Assembly (NCBI GenBank): GCA_964507185.1
Contig: CAZDOY010000007.1
Span: forward strand, 39,260-103,259
Length of the DNA: 64,000 nt
Direction: 5' to 3'
DNA from: an uncultured Thermoanaerobaculia bacterium
GTDB taxonomy: Bacteria; Acidobacteriota; UBA4820; DSQY01
The notes beneath the pieces are model-generated. The model searched no databases. It had not been told where the DNA came from and worked only from the letters and a program-made list of their open reading frames with translations. Numbering within the stretch: the stretch's first letter is position 1; each line of letters begins with the position of its first letter. The translations under genes were made by a program, and so were the position numbers. Shown here piece after piece: positions 58,020 through 64,000 of the stretch.

Positions 58020-59093
58020 TCAGCCCTTCGTGCCTCCGCCATGCATCTTAAGGAACTTGGCGCGCTGTCCCATGAGGTACTTGTCCTCCGGTTTCTGTTT
58101 GAGGGCCCTGTCGATGGTCGCGACGGCCTCGTCCTTGTTGCCCAGCTTGTAGTAGACCTCGGCCAGCGTGTCCAGGATACCCGGGTCGTCGTGGCTGATC
58201 GCGACGGCCTTGCGGGCCGCCTCGGCGGCCTTGTCCAGCTCGAGGCCCTGTTCGGCGCAGTGCCAGGCGTAGTCGTTGAGGAACCCCGGATCGTCCTGGC
58301 GGTTGGGCATGGCGGCGTGGTACAGACCGAGGTAGTCCGACTCGGCCTGCTTTTTCGCCTGGGCGTCCGCGGCGTGCTTGATCGCACCGCGATAGTAGCG
58401 CGAGAGCGATGAAAAGGCTTCCTCCGAGGCGTCCGATTTCCCCCCCTGGGCGAGCTTACTCAAAACTTCGACGCCCTTGGGCGGGTCCGTACTCAGGAGG
58501 GCCTCGCCGCGGATGAGCGCCAGCGACGTTTCCAGCTTGGCGTCGCTCTTCTTGTCGGCGGTCCGGGCCTTGTCCACCCAGGCCAGGGCCTCCTTGGCGT
58601 CGCCCCTGTCAAGATATTTCTGCGCGATATCCCGGCGGATGTCCGGTCCCGCGTCGGCCGCCGAGCGGCTTACCAGGTCGCCGAGGGTGTCGACGCCGTA
58701 GGTGTAGGCGAGGAGGGTGCGCATCCAGTCGGACCTGTTGTCGTATCCTATGATGCGGTCTATTTCCTCGCCCTTGGGCGAGATGACGATTGTCGTGGGA
58801 ATGCCCTTCACGTGGTAGGCCTTGGCGAGGGCCTGCACCTCGGGTTTGTCCACGTTCTGGCGGATCATGACGTTTGACTGCGAAAGACGACTGACCATCG
58901 ATGGCGTAAGGACTTCACGGTCCAGTTTTTGGCAGGACCCTCACCAGTCGGCGTAAAACTTCAGGATGAGATTGTCATCCTTGGCCTTAGCCTCGGCCTT
59001 CGCCTGGTCGAACGTGCCCTTGTACCAACCCGTCCCGGCGGCCATCAGGCCGATGGGCAGGGCGAGCAAGAGGGCGGCAAGAAATTTTTTCAT
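58020..59093 (-). CDS. periplasmic thioredoxin-fold + TPR protein with in-frame UGA at first position of CxxC (candidate selenoprotein, UxxC), about 357 aa
   Basis: Minus-strand reading from ATG 59093: MKKFLAALLLALPIGLMAAGTGWYKGTFDQAKAEAKAKDDNLILKFYADW-TGA-GSCQKLDREVLTPSMVSRLSQSNVMIRQNVDKPEVQALAKAYHVKGIPTTIVISPKGEEIDRIIGY... continuous frame across TGA at 58941-58943; GAGGAGG SD; hairpin ggtcc-N11-ggacc immediately 3' of UGA. Confidence 0.6.
58919..58940 (-). ncRNA. candidate SECIS-like hairpin immediately downstream of in-frame UGA
   Basis: UGA-g-GGUCC-ugccaaaaacu-GGACC on the mRNA strand. Confidence 0.3.
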
Positions 59094-59218
59094 GGAACCC
59101 TCCTCACGGTGAAGTACAAAGATTTACCACAAATAGACGCTGGAAGCCAGTTCGGGAGGGAGGGGGGACGATTTGGGATTTGAAAGGCGGCTCGAGGCGG
59201 GTCTTCGGAGGGCGACGT

Positions 59219-60979
59219 CTAATCCCCTGCTTCCGGCAAAACGATCGCAAAGCCCGCTCCGCCCAGTTCGGACTCTACGGCCTCCAACCCGCCGCCGTGC
59301 TCGCGGATGATCTTGCGGGCTATGGCGAGACCGAGCCCCGTCCCTCCGGGCTTCTGGCTGGTGAAAGGCGTAAAGAGGTTCTGGCGGACTTCCGCGTCGA
59401 GCCCGGGGCCGTTATCTTCCACCGTGATGGTCACGCGCTTCTCCGCACTCCGCGCGGAGAACCTCACTCGGCCGGAGCCATCGTCGGAAGCACCCGAAGC
59501 TTCCAAGGCGTTCCGCGCCAGATTCCGGATGGCCCGTCCGAGCGTCTCCCAGTCCGCTTCCACGGTCAGGTCCTCAGGACAGTCCACCTCCACGGAAACC
59601 TCCGGCCACTCGTGCCCGGCCATCTCCGCTTCCTCCCTCAGCAGGTCCGCCAGCCTGCACGTCTCCCGGACGACGGGCAGGGGACGGGCGAAGAAGAGGA
59701 GGTTGTTCACGACCTGCGCGAGGCGCTCGGCCTCCTCGCGGAGGCCGGTGAAGTGCCTCTCGTCCAAAAGGGCTGGCACGTCCTGTTCCAGCAATTTGAG
59801 GTGGGCGGTCATCGTATTGAGGCTGTTCCGGACCTCGTGGGCCACGCCCGCGGCCACCTCCCCCAGGCGCGTCAGGGCTTCCCGTTCCACGAGGGTCCTC
59901 TGCATCGTGTAGACCTCGGTCTGGTCGCGGAGGATGAGCAGGTAGCCTCGTAACTGGTGGAGAAGGTTGTATAGGGGGATGCCTACGACCTGGAGGAGCG
60001 TACCCGGTGCCCCGGGCACCTCTTCCTTGAGGGCCAGCGCCCTGCTCTGCCTCACTTCCTGCAGGGCCGCCAGGGCCTCGGGGCGCACCCCGAGCAGGCC
60101 CATGCCGGTGTCGCCCAGACGCGGGACCTCCGTAAGCCCGAGTAGCCTCCGGGCGGCGGCATTGACGCCGACGAGCCGGTCCTCGTTGTCGAACCGGAGG
60201 TATCCCGCCTCGAGATTCGCGCAGAGCGCTTCCGCCATGCCCTCCACGTCCTCGGCCCGCTGTCTCTCCCGCCTGTGGGCGGCCTCCAGTTCCCCGGTCC
60301 TCTCCCTGAGCTCGGCCAGCGTTTTCTGAAAGAGCGCCACCAACTGCTGGGTGGAGTCTCCCCCCGGGCCCGAAGGAAGGACTTCTCCCGCCTCCACCAG
60401 GACCCGCTCGACCCCTCGGCGGGATCGCACCAGCTTGAGGCCCAGCCAGAAAAGGAAGGTCAGAAGCGCCAGCCCCGCCGCGGATACCATGGCCGCCGCA
60501 AGGGCGAAATGCGCCTGTACGCGTGCGAAACCTGGGGCGTCAAAGACGATGACGAGCCGCCTCCTGTCGGCAAAAGTGCGCGTGTACACCAGGCCCCCGC
60601 GGCTTGCGGTCACAGAGTCCCCTCCCGTCGGCGGTGCGTAGGTCTTCGGTGGAGGCGCGAAAGGAGGGGCGGACCAGAGGACGTGATCGCCGAGGAGGAT
60701 GGCGGCCTGCCTCGGCTTCACCGCCGCGCCCTGGGGCGGCCTGCCGCCGTAGAGAGCTTCGTCCAGGCTCTCACCCCTCTGCGGGATGGGCCTGTGCTCG
60801 ATGCGCGCCACCGCCGCGCGCCCCCCCGCGAGCACCGCCCCGCGAACGGACCTTCTCTGGGCGCCCTGGTACCTGGCGAGGGCCGCCAGGCTCCACAACG
60901 CCGTCAGGAGCAGGAGCGCGCAGAGTGCGGCCAAGGCCAACGTGAGACCCTTCTTCAGGCGGTCCCGTTGTGAGTTCAT
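59219..60979 (-). CDS. sensor histidine kinase (periplasmic sensing domain, PAS, HisKA, HATPase_c), 586 aa
   Basis: MNSQRDRLKKGLTLALAALCALLLLTALW (TM1) ... second TM ... LGEVAAGVAHEVRNSLNTM (H-box) ... VEDNGPGLDAEVRQNLFTPFTSQKPGGTGLGLAIARKII (G1/G2); ATGA overlap with pilD. Confidence 0.8.
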   Translation of the reverse strand: MNSQRDRLKKGLTLALAALCALLLLTALWSLAALARYQGAQRRSVRGAVLAGGRAAVARIEHRPIPQRGESLDEALYGGRPPQGAAVKPRQAAILLGDHVLWSAPPFAPPPKTYAPPTGGDSVTASRGGLVYTRTFADRRRLVIVFDAPGFARVQAHFALAAAMVSAAGLALLTFLFWLGLKLVRSRRGVERVLVEAGEVLPSGPGGDSTQQLVALFQKTLAELRERTGELEAAHRRERQRAEDVEGMAEALCANLEAGYLRFDNEDRLVGVNAAARRLLGLTEVPRLGDTGMGLLGVRPEALAALQEVRQSRALALKEEVPGAPGTLLQVVGIPLYNLLHQLRGYLLILRDQTEVYTMQRTLVEREALTRLGEVAAGVAHEVRNSLNTMTAHLKLLEQDVPALLDERHFTGLREEAERLAQVVNNLLFFARPLPVVRETCRLADLLREEAEMAGHEWPEVSVEVDCPEDLTVEADWETLGRAIRNLARNALEASGASDDGSGRVRFSARSAEKRVTITVEDNGPGLDAEVRQNLFTPFTSQKPGGTGLGLAIARKIIREHGGGLEAVESELGGAGFAIVLPEAGD

Positions 60980-61755
60980 GGCCCGACCTTGAAGAAAAGG
61001 CCCGCGTACCACGTCCACAGGGCTGGAGCCCAGAAAAGGGCCGCGAGAGCGGCCGCGCACAGGAAGGTCCCGAAGGGCAGCGGCGTCCTTCGCCCCTTTC
61101 CGGACATGAGAAGGTAGGTGCCGCCGATGACGGTGCCGAGAATGGCGCCGCCCAGAAGCGTCATGAGCATGCCCTGCCAGCCCAGGAAAGCGCCGATCAT
61201 GGCCAGGAGCTTCACGTCTCCCCAGCCCATGGCTTCGATGCCGAAGAGGGCGTAGACGCCTATCACCGCGGCAGGCAGGCCGGCGCCTGCGGCCGCCCCC
61301 GCCACGGATTGCCACGGGGTCGTCCACGAGAGAAAGGGCGACAGGGCCAGGCCGATCAGGATGCCTGGATACGTCAGCTTGTCCGGCAGGATCTGGTGTT
61401 CGAGGTCGATCAGGCCGAGCGGAAGGCAGAATAGAGAGAAAAGACAACCCGCAAGCGCATCAACACTGAGGCCCCAGAGCAGAAATGAGGCTAGGAACAG
61501 TCCGCCCATGGCGGCTTCGACGAGGGGATACCGCACGCTGATCGGGTAGGAGCACCGGGCGCAGCGCCCCCGCAGCACCACCCAGGAAAGGATCGGCACA
61601 TTGAGGTACCAGGGAATGGCCTCGCCGCAATGCGGGCAGTGCGAGCCGGGATAGACGACGGACTCGCGGATGGGGAGCCTGTAGATGAGCACGTTGGCGA
61701 AGGACCCCGCCACGAGCCCAAGGGCGGCGGCGAAAACCGCAAAGATGATTACCAT
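60976..61755 (-). CDS. pilD: prepilin peptidase / N-methyltransferase (A24 family)
   Basis: ...GSFANVLIYRLPIRESVVYPGSHCPHCGEAIPWYLNVPILSWVVLRGRCARC... (zinc-binding CxxC...CxxC) and peptidase domain. Confidence 0.85.
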   Translation of the reverse strand: MVIIFAVFAAALGLVAGSFANVLIYRLPIRESVVYPGSHCPHCGEAIPWYLNVPILSWVVLRGRCARCSYPISVRYPLVEAAMGGLFLASFLLWGLSVDALAGCLFSLFCLPLGLIDLEHQILPDKLTYPGILIGLALSPFLSWTTPWQSVAGAAAGAGLPAAVIGVYALFGIEAMGWGDVKLLAMIGAFLGWQGMLMTLLGGAILGTVIGGTYLLMSGKGRRTPLPFGTFLCAAALAALFWAPALWTWYAGLFFKVGP

Positions 61756-62618
61756 TCCGCGTACTTCCCCTTAAACTTGTAAGGAGTAATGCTCCACACC
61801 CTTCCGGTTTTCGGATCGTAGCCGTAGGAATGACCGGCGGGGTCCCTGGGGAGTTTCTCGAGAAAGCCGGCTTCCACCAGTCCTCGGAGGCTGTCGGGGA
61901 ATTGGCCCTTGGCCCTCTTATAGGCGAAGATCGCGGTCTTCAACGCGCGCAGGTCGATTTTGATGGTCAGGTCCCAGATGTTCCGTTCGGCGGCCATCAC
62001 GAAAAACCTCGACTGGTCGTTGTTCTGGTTCTCGTGCTCCTTCTTCACGTTTTCCCAGTAGTGCAATGAGACCCTGTAGTCGCCCCGATACTTGTAAGCG
62101 TTGGCGACGAGGTCCTTGAGCATGGAATTCCCTGGGTTCCGGCGAAGAGCGGTGGTGAAGAACTTCAGCGCCATCGGGTAGTTCTTCGCCTGGAAGAAGG
62201 CGTACGTGCCGGCATCCCAGGCGATGAGCCAGTTCTTCGGATTCTTAGCCAGGCCCTTGTCGGCAAGCTTGTAGATGAGATCCCACCGCTTGTCCAGGGA
62301 CAGGAAAAGGTCCCCGAATATGTAGGCCTCGTAAAAACGAGGGTCCAGGTCCGTAATGACGTCGAATGTGTGGAAAAGGTACTCGTCTCGCACAGAGCTT
62401 CCGTACCGGTCGAAATACTGGACCGACCATATGAAGATGAGGTCCGCCCAGAAGTCCTCCTGCCCGAGGCTCACCATCTTCATGTATCCGCTGGATGGGA
62501 CGTAGTAGGACCTGAACTCGGTCGGATAAGTCTGATAAATCGCCGCCATGTCCTGGTGGAGCGGCACGACCGCCACCATGAGAAGGACCAGGATCAGTAT
62601 GCCGGCGAGAATCTTCAC
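61749..62618 (-). CDS. hypothetical N-terminally anchored protein with helical-repeat (TPR-like) domain; possible PilG analogue
   Basis: GTG 62618 VKILAGILILVLLMVAVVPL (single TM) then soluble domain ...LAKNPKNWLIAWDAGTYAFFQAKNYPMALKFFTTALRRNPGN...; upstream 92 codons of track ORF are Arg/His-rich artefact. Confidence 0.45.
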   Translation of the reverse strand: MKILAGILILVLLMVAVVPLHQDMAAIYQTYPTEFRSYYVPSSGYMKMVSLGQEDFWADLIFIWSVQYFDRYGSSVRDEYLFHTFDVITDLDPRFYEAYIFGDLFLSLDKRWDLIYKLADKGLAKNPKNWLIAWDAGTYAFFQAKNYPMALKFFTTALRRNPGNSMLKDLVANAYKYRGDYRVSLHYWENVKKEHENQNNDQSRFFVMAAERNIWDLTIKIDLRALKTAIFAYKRAKGQFPDSLRGLVEAGFLEKLPRDPAGHSYGYDPKTGRVWSITPYKFKGKYAEW

Positions 62619-62620
62619 GG

Positions 62621-63409
62621 CTACACCAGGTCGCGGCGCTTGAATGCCAGGCCCGCAGCCAGGAGGAGGATGGATACCATGAGGCCCGTGTAAAGCACGG
62701 CGCGCCACGTGAAACCCGCCGCCACCGGTATGTTGTAAGCGACGAGGTTGTTGATGTTCAGCATGTTCAGGTCCGGCAGCAAGTGGTAGACGATCAGGAT
62801 GGCCCTCTTGCCGAAATCGGACGTGACGTTGGGAAGCAAGACGTTCGGCAGGGCCGAACTCGTATGGCCGATGAGGTAGAAGGCGATGGTGCACAAGGCG
62901 CTCACCACCGGCGACGTGATGGACGAAAAGAAGAGGGCCACGGCCGTCAGGATCATAAGCTCGAGATAGATGAAGAAAGCCGCTTCGAATATGCGGGGGG
63001 TGAATCCCCCGACGAATACCAGCACGGCCGAAAGGACCGCCATCATGGCCATGAGATTAACCAGGAGGACGCTCATCAGGCCCAGGCACCGGCCCACGAG
63101 GAAGTGGCTCCTAGGAAGCGGCTTGGACAGGATGTTGTAGATGGTCTTTTTCTCGATCTCCTGGTAGACGAGACCGATGCCCACGAATATGGCGGTCATG
63201 GCAGAAAAATAGGAGATCGTGGACAGCCCGACGTCGAGCACCACCTTTCGGACCGTGCCCACGGCCAGAAAACCAAGGACGTAGGAAAAGAGGAGCAGGC
63301 AGATCGCGAAGGCAAGGAGGATGTAGAAAATCCGACTGCGCACCGCCTCCTTGAAGGTGTTCTTGCCGATGGCGTAGACCTGGGCGTACATGAGCACGGG
63401 GTTCGTCAT
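62621..63409 (-). CDS. ABC-2 family transporter permease (6 TM)
   Basis: [51 protein letters not shown]... typical ABC-2 permease. Confidence 0.75.
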   Translation of the reverse strand: MTNPVLMYAQVYAIGKNTFKEAVRSRIFYILLAFAICLLLFSYVLGFLAVGTVRKVVLDVGLSTISYFSAMTAIFVGIGLVYQEIEKKTIYNILSKPLPRSHFLVGRCLGLMSVLLVNLMAMMAVLSAVLVFVGGFTPRIFEAAFFIYLELMILTAVALFFSSITSPVVSALCTIAFYLIGHTSSALPNVLLPNVTSDFGKRAILIVYHLLPDLNMLNINNLVAYNIPVAAGFTWRAVLYTGLMVSILLLAAGLAFKRRDLV

Positions 63410-64000
63410 GAGGGGCGCTCTCCCTGCAACTGGGCCATAAACAGGTCTTCCAGTGACGACTTGTGCGGAACGACGGCGCGGATGCCGGCCTTGGCCTCCC
63501 GCGCCGCGTCAAGCACCCTCTCCAGGGACTTTTCATCCTCGACGCGAAGGAGCACCTGTGTATCCTGCTGCACGAGCACCGAGCACCCCTCCGGCACCTG
63601 GAAGCCGCGGCCGACCCTCAGGGTCACGTCCCAGAAATCGATCTCGGAGCCCAGGAGCTTGTCCAGGGTTCCCTCCTTGACCACCTGACCTTGCATGAGT
63701 ATGGCCACTTCGTCGCAGATTGATTCGGCGTCGGAGAGAATGTGGGACGAGAAGAAGACCGTCTTGCCCTTGGCCTTCAGGTCGAGGATCAGGTCCCGCA
63801 TCTCCCGTCGGCCCACGGGGTCGAGCCCGCTGACGGGCTCGTCGAGGATCACGAGCTCGGGGTCGTTGATCAGCGCCTGCGCAAGGCCTATGCGCTGCAG
63901 CATCCCCTTGCTGTACTTCCTGAGCTGGACCGAGCCCTTGTTTTCCAGGCCCACAGATTTCAGGAGTTCCTCCGACCTGTCGGCCAACTCTGCCTTGGGT
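63406..64000 (-). CDS. ABC transporter ATP-binding protein (N-terminus beyond window end)
   Basis: ...[64 protein letters not shown]... signature/Walker B/H-loop; frame stays open to position 64000. Confidence 0.8.
   Translation of the reverse strand, partial: PKAELADRSEELLKSVGLENKGSVQLRKYSKGMLQRIGLAQALINDPELVILDEPVSGLDPVGRREMRDLILDLKAKGKTVFFSSHILSDAESICDEVAILMQGQVVKEGTLDKLLGSEIDFWDVTLRVGRGFQVPEGCSVLVQQDTQVLLRVEDEKSLERVLDAAREAKAGIRAVVPHKSSLEDLFMAQLQGERPS

Noticed and set aside
1-64000. tRNA, rRNA, tmRNA, RNase P, riboswitches
   Set aside because: I could not recognise any cloverleaf-compatible or conserved ncRNA sequence by eye in the intergenic regions. A tRNAscan/Infernal run is needed before asserting absence.

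Overview
High-GC (roughly 60-65%) chromosomal window from a Gram-negative bacterium. Several traits together (widespread sigma-54 promoters, FHA-domain regulators, type IV pilus minor-pilin/PilY1 operon, a UGA-Sec thioredoxin-fold gene, MprF, ADOP-type FtsX permease) suggest a deltaproteobacterial / myxobacterial / acidobacterial-type lineage. This lineage call is inference only.

Coding density is high, about 55 real CDS. Many of the long ORFs in the six-frame track are GC-driven antisense or alternate-frame artefacts.

Recognisable housekeeping blocks:
- ABC ATPase fragment and FtsX permease (2-2717).
- aroF-like DAHP synthase, cysS and a lipoprotein, on the minus strand (2803-6012).
- MJ0042 zinc-ribbon+FHA protein, mnmA, ccsA/hemX-like, hemA, hemC, hemD, polA, on the plus strand (6275-14276).
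- thyX, an SdpI-like membrane protein, a REC-HD-GYP regulator, pyk (14310-18836).
- mprF (19182-21737).
- OPT transporter, bamD-like, ybgC-like thioesterase, rpe, a PASTA-only protein (35428-40237).
- accD, folC (40573-42725).
- ECF sigma / zinc anti-sigma / Spy-like / yraN (46811-48917).
- lpxC (49100-49993); topA, dprA (50216-53703).
- A second ECF sigma / ZAS anti-sigma / TlpA-like thioredoxin module (53789-55455).
- comEC (55518-57857).
- Histidine kinase, pilD, and a PilG/H/I-like ABC pair running off the window end (59219-64000).

Less ordinary content:
1. A minus-strand operon (21858-25597) encoding a PduA/EutM-type BMC-H shell protein, a CoA-acylating aldehyde dehydrogenase with an unusual C-terminal extension, and a GMC (alcohol) oxidoreductase. 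No BMC-P vertex gene is visible.
2. A thioredoxin-fold + TPR periplasmic protein (58020-59093) whose CxxC motif reads W-UGA-GSC, i.e. a probable selenocysteine (UxxC) selenoprotein with a hairpin just 3' of the UGA. The ORF track misses it because of the in-frame TGA.
3. A family of 150-270 nt intergenic repeats, at least 4 good copies plus degenerate ones. Shared modules are gtgatcgagtg / CCTTCGAAGG / aatcccaaatcccaattccgaaatc / gaaaaaaacc.
4. Two paralogous WYL-domain regulators bracketing an FHA-AAA+-Fis enhancer-binding-type protein whose GAFTGA loop is degenerate.
5. A sigma-54-driven minor pilin / PilX / PilY1 operon with an upstream palindrome, and a second perfect sigma-54 promoter in front of lpxC.

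No CRISPR array, rRNA or tRNA could be recognised by eye.
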